From a virus (Duplodnaviria; Caudoviricetes), in the IMG/VR virus record IMGVR_UViG_3300037067_011302, positions 96,001-160,000 of that record: a DNA stretch of 64,000 bases. One strand, written 5' to 3'. The notes below the pieces were generated by a model that did not search any database, was not told the DNA's origin, and worked only from the letters and a program-made list of their open reading frames with translations. A program made the position numbers and the translations under genes. Below, in pieces: positions 1 through 8,765 of this stretch; the stretch's first letter is position 1, and each line of letters starts with the position of its first letter.

Positions 1-1987
1 TCTTGCCGTAGAAGATGTTGCTGATGTCGAAGAACGTCACCTGATTCGACGATGAATCACGAGTGCGTTGGTAGATCGTCAGCGGAGCACCCTTCTGAAT
101 TCCCGGATCGTACGTTCCTAATGCAACTTCCTTCGACACTTGATCGGCGTAATTGTCATACGCTGTGCCGGCGACCTTTCCAGGATTCTCTGGAGAGAAA
201 CCAACGATCGCGTCCACGAGTTCGGAATCCTCGTCAAAATCGCTGCCGAATAGCAATGACGACGTGAGCAACATGTTCCCTATGTTGACGAAGCTAAGTT
301 CCTGGACGCCAAAGTCATCGACGATCGAAGAACGATTACTCTCTGAGGCCAACAACGAAAATTGTGGAACGAACAGACCGTCATCGCAGGGCAACAACAT
401 CAAGTTCCTGTACTTGACGAACGGTTGATCGTACAAGAATTCATTCGCGCCCGCAGAAACTGTGGTGTTCACCAACGCAACGCCGGTGAGGTGATGAAGT
501 CGTGGGTGCGTACCGTTCGCAAAGTCCCTGACGTAGTTCTCGAGGTTGATGTAGTGACCGTTCACACCGAACGACATCGCAACGTTGAAAGGATCGTTCG
601 TCGAACCATCGACCTCAAAGAACGGCGTCTGCAGCACGCCACCGTGCGTTCCGACGAACTGCCTGAACGGACTGTCCTCAACGAAGAACGGAGGAACGTA
701 AAATGCTATTCTGTCGGGATCAATGTACGTCAAACCGACCGACGCCGACTGAACGATGTCAAGGTCCGACATGTAGTAGCGTTTGATGCTTAGATCATGA
801 AGTTCAGCGTTCAACGGATTCGTGAAATCATAGTCTGCATCCGCCGGACCTTCATATCCGGCCTCAGTATTCAACACCTCAAGCCCATCACGCGTTGATG
901 GATCCTCGGAAAAGAAGTATGACAATGAACCAGTTCCAAGATTGTTGCCTTGAAAGTAATTGCCGATGCACAACACATCAGGAGACGACGGACCACCGGC
1001 CGGAAATTCAAGCGGCGCGATAGTACTGGATGGAACGAGGAATTCTCCCTCATCGACTCCGTCAACATTGAACGAACCAGTTCCACCGTTGACGAGCGAC
1101 GTGCCCCACCTGACGATGACGTGGTGCCACCGGTTCCACTTCAACGAATTGTCGTTCGACAAGAACGTTAAATCATTTGGATACGTTCCAGTCGTTGCCA
1201 ACGAAGGCATCACGTCGGCACTGTGACTCAATTGAAGTTGCAACCTGAATCCGGTGACAAGACCATTGTGATCCTTTCCTGAACCTGTGACCAACGACAG
1301 AGCGTACGTCGATGACAGGTGAAAGATCGTGCCAGCGTTGAACGTAATTCCTAGACGCTCCGGTCGACGACTTGGCTTGACGTAGAAATCAAAACTAAAC
1401 GCACCTGACGGCACGTACACTCCGCTGACGTACCCAACGTGTGATGGACCACCGACGATGTTTGGATACAACAGTGCCGCCGTCGTGGGAACTCCAGAAG
1501 ACGTGAAGAAGTTGAGACAATTGTAATTCGTGTACGCCCAATGTGCTGATGGGTACGACACACGGTAGTATTGTGACAGAATGTCCTTGATGACGAGCTT
1601 TTTTACGGTGTTCGTCGTCCACGTGACCGTCGGCGTGAACCTCGCAACGTCGATCGACTTTTGTTTCCTAACGCTGGTCTGCTGTGCATTTACCTTCGTG
1701 AGGTACGAGTCCAACATTCCTTCGAATGAAGCGCTCATTGAACCGGTGACGTACGCGTACTTTCCCTTCTGCTGCACGACCCGTAACAACGTTTCGAGGT
1801 CAGAATCATCGTGCGTGCTCTCAATGAACGACGATAGAGGTGCCATCTCCTTCTCAATGCTCGATCGACGAGGAAAGACATAGACAGAACCGGTCGCGCC
1901 GGCAGAACTAGTGACGTACGTCCTGAACGGATTTGTGACGACCGTGACGGTGCTGACGTCACCTGGATTGACTCGATAGATCGACAT
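1..1987 (-). CDS. Large putative virion structural protein with a LamG/ConA-like segment (partial; runs off the left edge, absent from the ORF track)
   Basis: Manual translation from ATG 1987 (MSIYRVNPGDVSTVTVVTNPFRTY...) stays open to the window edge. It contains 'KWNRWHHVIVRW...LCIGNY...AELHDLSI', a LamG-like pattern, and lies among structural-type genes. Confidence 0.75.
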   Translation of the reverse strand, partial: MSIYRVNPGDVSTVTVVTNPFRTYVTSSAGATGSVYVFPRRSSIEKEMAPLSSFIESTHDDSDLETLLRVVQQKGKYAYVTGSMSASFEGMLDSYLTKVNAQQTSVRKQKSIDVARFTPTVTWTTNTVKKLVIKDILSQYYRVSYPSAHWAYTNYNCLNFFTSSGVPTTAALLYPNIVGGPSHVGYVSGVYVPSGAFSFDFYVKPSRRPERLGITFNAGTIFHLSSTYALSLVTGSGKDHNGLVTGFRLQLQLSHSADVMPSLATTGTYPNDLTFLSNDNSLKWNRWHHVIVRWGTSLVNGGTGSFNVDGVDEGEFLVPSSTIAPLEFPAGGPSSPDVLCIGNYFQGNNLGTGSLSYFFSEDPSTRDGLEVLNTEAGYEGPADADYDFTNPLNAELHDLSIKRYYMSDLDIVQSASVGLTYIDPDRIAFYVPPFFVEDSPFRQFVGTHGGVLQTPFFEVDGSTNDPFNVAMSFGVNGHYINLENYVRDFANGTHPRLHHLTGVALVNTTVSAGANEFLYDQPFVKYRNLMLLPCDDGLFVPQFSLLASESNRSSIVDDFGVQELSFVNIGNMLLTSSLLFGSDFDEDSELVDAIVGFSPENPGKVAGTAYDNYADQVSKEVALGTYDPGIQKGAPLTIYQRTRDSSSNQVTFFDISNIFYGK

Positions 1988-2009
1988 CGATTAAATCTAT
2001 TCTACAACG

Positions 2010-2252
2010 TCAAACATCGTTCATAAACATCCAAAGCTTGTCGCTGAGGAGTGAATACGTGTCTGAATTGAGATCCTTCAGCACAGCATCGAGCGTTGTC
2101 AGCGCCTCACGGCGTTGCTGAGCACTCATTGACCTGTACTGGAGAATGAACGCAAGCACTTGCTTCCTAATGTCTTCACAGAACTTGTCGATCGCACTCC
2201 TGAACACAAAGTCAGGAATGAATCCCAGGACGTCCTCGTTTAGCTTCTCCAT
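2010..2252 (-). CDS. Hypothetical protein (80 aa)
   Basis: ORF co-oriented with its neighbours; CTATTTC promoter-like variant just upstream (2258-2264, minus strand). Confidence 0.55.
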   Translation of the reverse strand: MEKLNEDVLGFIPDFVFRSAIDKFCEDIRKQVLAFILQYRSMSAQQRREALTTLDAVLKDLNSDTYSLLSDKLWMFMNDV

Positions 2253-2282
2253 GAATCGAAATAGGCGGCGGGCACCGCTTAG

Positions 2283-2480
2283 TCACTCGAAGAGCGTTCT
2301 ACAAATGACGCGTAGCGCCACTGTTGTTTGGCCCGTTCCGGCGAAGGATTTGCACTTCACGTGGCGATGAGAAAATATGGCGAACAATCATTCACAATTG
2401 AGTGCGTTGGAACGTTTGACGTTTTAGACGATGCGTTGAACGAGGAACAGGCATGGCACAAAAAACATCATACCACACCT
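2283..2480 (+). pseudogene. Remnant of a GIY-YIG-type homing endonuclease
   Basis: Reads SLEER..*RHCCLARSGEGFALHVAMRKYGEQSFTIECV...ALNEEQAW. This matches the 'RWxxH...LxxAxxKYGxxxF.IE...E' core of GIY-YIG enzymes, but the GIY/YIG N-terminus is missing and there is an in-frame TAG. Confidence 0.6.
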
Positions 2481-2499
2481 GATTGCAATCGACGTCGGC

Positions 2500-3714
2500 T
2501 CAGAAATCGAGCCTTGCGCGGAGGGTCAGATCCCTCTCGTTGCTCTTTTCCACGGGCCTCGACAACTTCGCGACCGCCAACAGGTTGTCCTGAGAATCGT
2601 AGAGACCGAGCGTGGTGATGAACGTGAAGCTCTGCTGCACGTCCTCCTGACCGGCATCGATCACGACGATGCGATTGTCACTGTCAACGTACGTGGGATT
2701 TGCACTGTAATTAAATTCGTCGCTATTCGCACGGCAAAACACCAATGTGCTGTTGATGTTCGTCACGTTTTGGAACGTCAAGGCCGTCAACGAACCCGAC
2801 TGCATCCTGCACCCAGCGATGTGATCAATGATGTTGTCAACGGATGCGCTGACGATGAAGTCAGGAATGAACTTCGAACAATATTGCGTCTCCGTTCCCA
2901 CACCGCCGAGGACCGTGGTGCCCAACGTTGCCATGGCATCGATCGTTCCAGACATGAACTGCGATGCACTCGTGACCTTCTCAAGGTCGAGCACGATGAT
3001 GCCCCTATCGTAGAAGATGAGTCCAACCTCGTTGCTGGTGTTCGATGCGTCAACGATGTTTCCCACGGCACCACCAAATGCGGTGATCTTGTTCGTTGCT
3101 GCACCGATGTCAGTGTAGATCGCTGAACCTGAGATTGTCGTCGCACCGAGGTTCGGTCCCTTCGTGAAGTCGGACTCAAATTGATTGTACGATGCAGTCT
3201 GGTAGAACCTCATCGCAAACGTCTCACGCTTGACCTGATCCCTGGCGAACAAACGCTTGAAGCTGATGAACAGAGCAGCATCAATCTCGTCAGACGCTGT
3301 CGACGAATCGAACGGCGCCTTGAACACGGTGTCAGCATCGCCCAGCAGCGACGAGGCAAATTGCCTGTAGATGTCAAGCTTCTCGCGCATCATCAACGAC
3401 GACGATGGAAATAGCTCCTTGCCTGCCGCGTCGGTTCCCGTCTGAGCATTCGTGACGATCGTGCTGTCAGCGTTCAGGCCGACCGTGATGTCGAACACGG
3501 GATTTGATGCCTGGACTGTGAAGTCCTGATCATACACTGTTTGAAACAACGAAGACGTCACGCCAGGACATGAATTAGCTCCTGTTACAAAATGTTGATA
3601 TTTTCTTCGTGAAACTGAGGCACTCACGTCCTCCTGGAGCACGTCCACGAGTTGATTCAGAAATGAACGTACGCTCTTGATGTCTGATGCTAGGACTTCT
3701 TTGAATGTCGACAC
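2500..3714 (-). CDS. Putative tail/baseplate structural protein
   Basis: 404 aa; C-terminal 'FITTLGLYDSQDNLLAVAKLSRPVEKSNERDLTLRARLDF' is typical of large-phage baseplate/tail-collar-like proteins. Confidence 0.6.
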   Translation of the reverse strand: MSTFKEVLASDIKSVRSFLNQLVDVLQEDVSASVSRRKYQHFVTGANSCPGVTSSLFQTVYDQDFTVQASNPVFDITVGLNADSTIVTNAQTGTDAAGKELFPSSSLMMREKLDIYRQFASSLLGDADTVFKAPFDSSTASDEIDAALFISFKRLFARDQVKRETFAMRFYQTASYNQFESDFTKGPNLGATTISGSAIYTDIGAATNKITAFGGAVGNIVDASNTSNEVGLIFYDRGIIVLDLEKVTSASQFMSGTIDAMATLGTTVLGGVGTETQYCSKFIPDFIVSASVDNIIDHIAGCRMQSGSLTALTFQNVTNINSTLVFCRANSDEFNYSANPTYVDSDNRIVVIDAGQEDVQQSFTFITTLGLYDSQDNLLAVAKLSRPVEKSNERDLTLRARLDF

Positions 3715-3788
3715 AATTTGCTCCGAATGATTTCTCGAATCTAACTAATCGGTGTGTGCTTATCGAAACCCGTCGACAAACATCGTCG

Positions 3789-4565
3789 TCAACCCAACCT
3801 CTCGACCATCGCATCGAACGTTCCCTTGTCACGTTCAATCACGACGAACCTTCTTCCCAGCTTCTTTGCCGCGAGCGCACACGTTCCAGAACCAGCAAAC
3901 GGATCGATGACCCACTCTTCCGGCTCAGTGTGCGTCTCAATCGGCACCTCGAACAATCGTTGAGGTTTTTGAGCAACGTGAACCTTTCCTCTGAACAGTT
4001 CATTCACGTCAGTCCAGACGTTGGTGCGACGATAGAACTCGCTCTTTGCCGGGTACTTCTTGTTGAACCCATCGTAGCCACGCTTCGTCTCCAACAATGG
4101 AACGTGAAACGTCCTCGGCTTCTTCACATCACCGCGTACAAAGTATGCCAACTCTTCCCTCGTGAAGAGGTAGTTGTGCGACAGTCCGTAAGCTCGGCGC
4201 TTTGACCACGTGATGAGGTTCGATAGCCTCAGCTCAGTGTGAAGCTCAACATTTACGAGATATCTGAAGAAAGGTCGAAACTCAGGTTTTCCTATTCCTC
4301 CCCAAACGTAGAAAGCGCCGCCCGGAAGCAATAAGTCAGTCCAAGAATTTGTCCATGACACCATCCACGCTGCAAAGTCTACGTCAACGTTCGCCTTGTC
4401 CCACTCCTCGTCAACGATGTTCCCGTAGGGTGGATCTGTGACGATCAATGGAACACACGTCGTTAGGCTTCTGACGAGGTCGATCACTTCCTTCGACGTT
4501 GAGTCTCCGTTGATCGCAACGCTACCATCAGAAAATGTCTGAGAACGAATGATCGGCACGCTCAT
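3789..4565 (-). CDS. DNA methyltransferase, N6-adenine/N4-cytosine, beta class (orphan)
   Basis: Catalytic DPPY near the N-terminus, 'HxxQKP' motif and SAM-binding DPFAGSG near the C-terminus; no adjacent restriction enzyme. Confidence 0.92.
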   Translation of the reverse strand: MSVPIIRSQTFSDGSVAINGDSTSKEVIDLVRSLTTCVPLIVTDPPYGNIVDEEWDKANVDVDFAAWMVSWTNSWTDLLLPGGAFYVWGGIGKPEFRPFFRYLVNVELHTELRLSNLITWSKRRAYGLSHNYLFTREELAYFVRGDVKKPRTFHVPLLETKRGYDGFNKKYPAKSEFYRRTNVWTDVNELFRGKVHVAQKPQRLFEVPIETHTEPEEWVIDPFAGSGTCALAAKKLGRRFVVIERDKGTFDAMVERLG

Positions 4566-4574
4566 TCGTTGATC

Positions 4575-5969
4575 TTAACCTCTCATGCGACCGACGACCA
4601 TCATTCTGACTCGATTGTCAACATCGTCCACCATTTTGTGAAGGTACTTTTTGTCAATGAGGCGGGCGACAGCTAATCGAACAATGGAACTCTCATCGTG
4701 CATCATTTCAGGGAGATATTTGGGATCAATGCGATCAACAACACTATTTCGAACCCTGTCACTCTCATCGTGCATCATCATGGGGAGGTACGACTTATCA
4801 ATCATAAAGGCAACCTCAGCACGAACGAACTTGTCAGGATCATTCATCATCCTTGGAAGATATGAACGATCAATTCGTTGTGCAACAATTTCACGTATTG
4901 CAGCATCCTCATCATCAATCATTAAAGGAACGTATTTTTGATTAATCAAACGAACGGCACGTTCACGTACGTCTCGATTTGCATTCTTTGCCACATGAGG
5001 AATGTGTGAAGGATCAATCCGTTCAAATACGATTGAATACACATCAAACGAGTCATCATTCGTCATCTGAGGTAAGAATTCAACGTCAATATTTTTTGCA
5101 ACTACGTGCCGAATTATGATCCTATCATGATGAACGAATCTCACTAAGAATGGTTTCGCAGCATCGCACTCTAAGATAGATTTCAACATAAAGACATCAT
5201 CTTCGTACAATTTTAGCGCCTGTTCGACATCTTTTTCTGTTGCAATGTTATTCTTGATCTTTGCGAGCATGCTCATCTCTCGCTTCGGAGCGTCTTGCTC
5301 GACGATCTTCAATAGATCCTTCAGTTCATCAGGAACTTCGTCAAGTTGAACATCCTCTGCATCGAAGATGTCAACCTCTAGTATGCTGTTGTCCACGTCT
5401 CGTTGTGCAGCGAATGCAACCTTGTAAAGATGATTTGTCTTCGGTAACGTCTTTGAGAGTGCAAAATAGAACACGACATTTGCACCCGTGTACCGTTCGA
5501 AGTATGAGTGTTCCTTCATCGTGATGCACCACTTGGTGCCTGAACCGTATAATTGTGAAGCGCCCCTATTTTTGATGTGGACAAGTTCGTAGTCGTTGTC
5601 CTCACCCATCTTCTCAACGCCAGACTCCTTCGTTGCCTTTCGTTCTTGTGTCTTAGTGGGTGTGATCGACTTCAGCTCATCCTCAAGTTCCTTCAACGTC
5701 TTGTACGCGTTGATGTCCCTGTTCTTGAACTTAGGTCCATTCTTGTGGAAGAATTCAATGGTCGGAATCAAGTCATTGATACTTGCTCCCATTGACAATT
5801 GCTTCACTCCCCACAACAAGTACTTCTGTGAACCCGACGGATCCGATGAAACTAACTCATCGATCTCCTTCTCGAGTTCAGGATACTTTTTCTTCGCGTC
5901 AGAGACGCGGTCCTCGAGCAGCAGAACTTCATGGATCAGACGACGTAGCGTTACGAGGACGATCTTCAT
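4575..5969 (-). CDS. HEAT/LRV-like repeat protein with an N-terminal 'LRRLIHE' leader and a 'GTKWCIT' domain
   Basis: 464 aa; the C-terminal part is ~24-aa repeats (YLPxMMxDxxxxVRxxVAxxID). Confidence 0.75.
   Translation of the reverse strand: MKIVLVTLRRLIHEVLLLEDRVSDAKKKYPELEKEIDELVSSDPSGSQKYLLWGVKQLSMGASINDLIPTIEFFHKNGPKFKNRDINAYKTLKELEDELKSITPTKTQERKATKESGVEKMGEDNDYELVHIKNRGASQLYGSGTKWCITMKEHSYFERYTGANVVFYFALSKTLPKTNHLYKVAFAAQRDVDNSILEVDIFDAEDVQLDEVPDELKDLLKIVEQDAPKREMSMLAKIKNNIATEKDVEQALKLYEDDVFMLKSILECDAAKPFLVRFVHHDRIIIRHVVAKNIDVEFLPQMTNDDSFDVYSIVFERIDPSHIPHVAKNANRDVRERAVRLINQKYVPLMIDDEDAAIREIVAQRIDRSYLPRMMNDPDKFVRAEVAFMIDKSYLPMMMHDESDRVRNSVVDRIDPKYLPEMMHDESSIVRLAVARLIDKKYLHKMVDDVDNRVRMMVVGRMRG
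4580..5150 (-). repeat. Coding tandem repeat, ~72-nt/24-aa HEAT-like units (about 8)
   Basis: Recurring LPxMxxD...VR...ID units in the translation; the DNA motif actctcatcgtgcatcat recurs 72 nt apart. Confidence 0.8.
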
Positions 5970-5974
5970 GCACG

Positions 5975-5981
5975 TAAGTAT
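5975..5981 (-). promoter_or_regulatory. Putative late-promoter motif ATACTTA
   Basis: 5 nt upstream of ATG 5969; the same ATANTTA motif recurs upstream of many structural and cargo genes. Confidence 0.5.
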
Positions 5982-5984
5982 GCA

Positions 5985-6701
5985 TCAGAGGTTCTTATTG
6001 ACAATCACAACAATCGTCTTCGTTGCACCGCTCTGAATGCCGGTGACGTTTACGTACATCTTGATCAACGTCTTGTCGGCCGTCGTGCCGTAGACCGTGA
6101 ACAAAGCGTCAGAAATGCTCTTGACCTGCAACGTGAACTGCACGCTCGATCCACCGTAGCTGTTCTCAGCCGGAGACCTGGTCACAATGTACGTTGCCTT
6201 CTGCTGCCCATCGATGTTCGTCGGCGTCTGTCGTTGAACCTGCAGAAACGCATTCGGAACGTCAATGATGAACGTCTGGTCACGCAGCTCAACGTCGATC
6301 GACGTCTCATTCACGATCGTCTGCTCAACAGTCATCGACGCAGTCTTCTGTTGATTCCTTCCCAACGTCACAGTCGACGTGGTGCCGTTGACGTTCGAGT
6401 CTCCTGACAGTGAGAAAGTCGGAAGCCTGAGTAAGTTAGGATTTGACACGCTGACGAGCTTATACTTCAACGCATGCGTTTGGTTCGTCATGCCCTCAAA
6501 GATCGGCGTGTTCTTCTCGATCTTCTCACGTCCCACGCTACGACCGTACTTCGTGATGATGCCGTAGTTGACCTCGTCATCTCCAAGCGCAAACTTAGTG
6601 ATCGAAAATGACCCGTCATTTCGAGCCAAGAACTGCCTCCCCGTGTCTGTGAGAACGCAGTCCATGATGATTGAATTGGTTGATGAATCGAGAAAACCCA
6701 T
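5985..6701 (-). CDS. Putative structural protein
   Basis: N-terminus 'MGFLD..IIMDCVLTDTGRQFLA..FSITKFALGDDEVNY' is a motif common in large-phage structural regions and resembles the N-terminus of 15210..16178. Confidence 0.6.
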   Translation of the reverse strand: MGFLDSSTNSIIMDCVLTDTGRQFLARNDGSFSITKFALGDDEVNYGIITKYGRSVGREKIEKNTPIFEGMTNQTHALKYKLVSVSNPNLLRLPTFSLSGDSNVNGTTSTVTLGRNQQKTASMTVEQTIVNETSIDVELRDQTFIIDVPNAFLQVQRQTPTNIDGQQKATYIVTRSPAENSYGGSSVQFTLQVKSISDALFTVYGTTADKTLIKMYVNVTGIQSGATKTIVVIVNKNL

Positions 6702-6818
6702 GATTTGTTCCTGTCAGAAATATCGGCGTTGAATCGATCTTACACCAGATCACTGACATGTCGCTCTAAGGGCCGCACAATTGACAATGGATGTCTCCTC
6801 ATCCAACGCTCAAAGGCG

Positions 6819-8765
6819 TCACCGTGACCTCTTGATGTCCTTCCTGACGGTCCTAGACGGTTTCAGCAGCTTCTTGTTCTTCGACGGCTCACCGACGGTC
6901 GTCCTATCATCGATCGAGACGTTTATGCGACCGTCACGTTGGTTGTCGAGGTTGATCACCTGCACAACGTACGAACCGACGTCCTGCTTCGTCGACACGA
7001 CCTTGACAGTCCGACCATCACCGTCAACGACAGAATAGAAATCAGGATTGAAGTACAACTTCGCGCGGCGCGATGATGAACCCGACGTCCTGATGGTGTC
7101 AACGAACGCATCAACGTTGATGTACATGTTTGGGTACGGCATCGGGGCACCGCTGTGACTGACCAACGTCCTCTTCAACTTATTTGAAAATTGGTCGAAC
7201 CACACCTCAAATTGTTCGGAATAGTTTGACGTGAATCCGTGAGCATCGATTGCAACGACTGCGTAGATGTATTTCGATTCGCTGGCTTTGAAATCATCGT
7301 CATAATAGAACGTATACGGAGTCGACGTCTTCTCAACTAATTCGGGCATCATCGTCTCACGCGAGGGTTGTGGCACGTCTGAGTCGTTGAAATCAAATGC
7401 CTTGATGAGCTCAAACGGACTCTCAACGTCCTTCCTACGAAAGACCTGAAATTGCTTGATGTCCCGCTGCGAATTTGGAGGAAATGCCCAGTGAATCATC
7501 AGACTACCGTGTGCGTTGACATCGAACGATGCTCCTGCTATCTGATTTCCTTCCAATAACGTAGAATTGATGCGTTCATAATCCCACGTAAAATTGAAGT
7601 CTGCAGGTGGAGGAGGTGCGATGTGTTCTTCAGTCACAACGTACGTCTTGTTTGACGGTCGTGAGCTGATCAACAACTTCAAGAATGCCAACGTTCCTGA
7701 GTCATCGTCTATCGCCGGAAGCACGAAGTGCGCAATCGCTCTGATCGCATACGCATACCTCGAACCGTACTTGACGTTGAAGTCAAGCGTGTGAAGTGTC
7801 TTCGGATTATCGATGACGATCGACGGGTGTGACTTCACTGTTCCATCATCAAAAATTTCAACCTTGTCGACGATGTACCCAACGATCTCTGGAACGTTGT
7901 CATTCGACGTAATGTTGCTCGGCATCACTCCGACGTGCTTGACAAACGTCTTGTAGTCTAACTCTGAGATTGTCTGCCTCCTCGATAGTGCTCTTCGTTG
8001 AAGTTTGTCAGCCGACGTACTGAGTGTGCCGACGTCAGACGCAAACGGTGAGTGAGGATCAACGATCGTGTCATTGATGATGTCGTTCACAAATCTGCTG
8101 CTGATCTGCACATTCACCGCAGCGTCCTTCTCCTCACGCAGTCTATCGGCAATGACCTGTACTCCTTCATTCTTGAAGAAACGTGCACCACTCGATTTGT
8201 CGAGCTGTGAAAGAGCGCCGTTCAAGAACGCCGGATTGATTGATTTTGGCGTCAAAGAATTCAACCTACTCGAGGCTTTGTGCGCACTGACATCTGAATC
8301 AATCACGTCTGTCGAACTAGCCTCACGCACGGTCAACGAGCCGGAGACAAATTGGTGTAGCTTGTCGTCCAATTCACCATCGTGAAAGTTGACGGCAACA
8401 TAATCGTCAGACGAAAACGTGTCCTCAGTGAGCACTTTGTCTAGGTTGTCACCGATCAATGATCCATATTGAACGCTACGAGGCAACGAGACATTTCGCT
8501 GTCGTGCTTCTGAAAATCTATGTTCAGACAAGACGGTTGCTTCCCAATTGAGGCTGACATACCTCGGAACGCGGGTCGACGCGTACTGGATGAAGTCTGA
8601 ATCGTACTCATCGGTACGCCGTGTTATCTCGCTCTGTGGCACGATTCCAACATCTGACGTGCACTCATCATGAACAAAGTAATTGTAGACGAACTTACCG
8701 ACGAACGACTTGACCTCAGGAACGTCGACGGCATAGACAAGACGTGAAGGCAGTGACGTTGACAT
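6819..8765 (-). CDS. Hypothetical protein with FN3-like beta segments (putative structural)
   Basis: 648 aa; 'YAYAIRAI' and 'YIYAVVAIDAHGFTSNYS' resemble FN3 C-terminal strands; coupled to its neighbours. Confidence 0.55.
   Translation of the reverse strand: MSTSLPSRLVYAVDVPEVKSFVGKFVYNYFVHDECTSDVGIVPQSEITRRTDEYDSDFIQYASTRVPRYVSLNWEATVLSEHRFSEARQRNVSLPRSVQYGSLIGDNLDKVLTEDTFSSDDYVAVNFHDGELDDKLHQFVSGSLTVREASSTDVIDSDVSAHKASSRLNSLTPKSINPAFLNGALSQLDKSSGARFFKNEGVQVIADRLREEKDAAVNVQISSRFVNDIINDTIVDPHSPFASDVGTLSTSADKLQRRALSRRQTISELDYKTFVKHVGVMPSNITSNDNVPEIVGYIVDKVEIFDDGTVKSHPSIVIDNPKTLHTLDFNVKYGSRYAYAIRAIAHFVLPAIDDDSGTLAFLKLLISSRPSNKTYVVTEEHIAPPPPADFNFTWDYERINSTLLEGNQIAGASFDVNAHGSLMIHWAFPPNSQRDIKQFQVFRRKDVESPFELIKAFDFNDSDVPQPSRETMMPELVEKTSTPYTFYYDDDFKASESKYIYAVVAIDAHGFTSNYSEQFEVWFDQFSNKLKRTLVSHSGAPMPYPNMYINVDAFVDTIRTSGSSSRRAKLYFNPDFYSVVDGDGRTVKVVSTKQDVGSYVVQVINLDNQRDGRINVSIDDRTTVGEPSKNKKLLKPSRTVRKDIKRSR

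Noticed and set aside
52-1962. Short ORFs listed in the track for 1-2 kb
   Set aside because: They are shadows of one long minus-strand gene (ATG 1987) that runs off the window.
4575-5969. Diversity-generating retroelement target/template pair with 17466..17762
   Set aside because: No reverse transcriptase in the window, and the two regions are too divergent, without an adenine-specific mismatch pattern.
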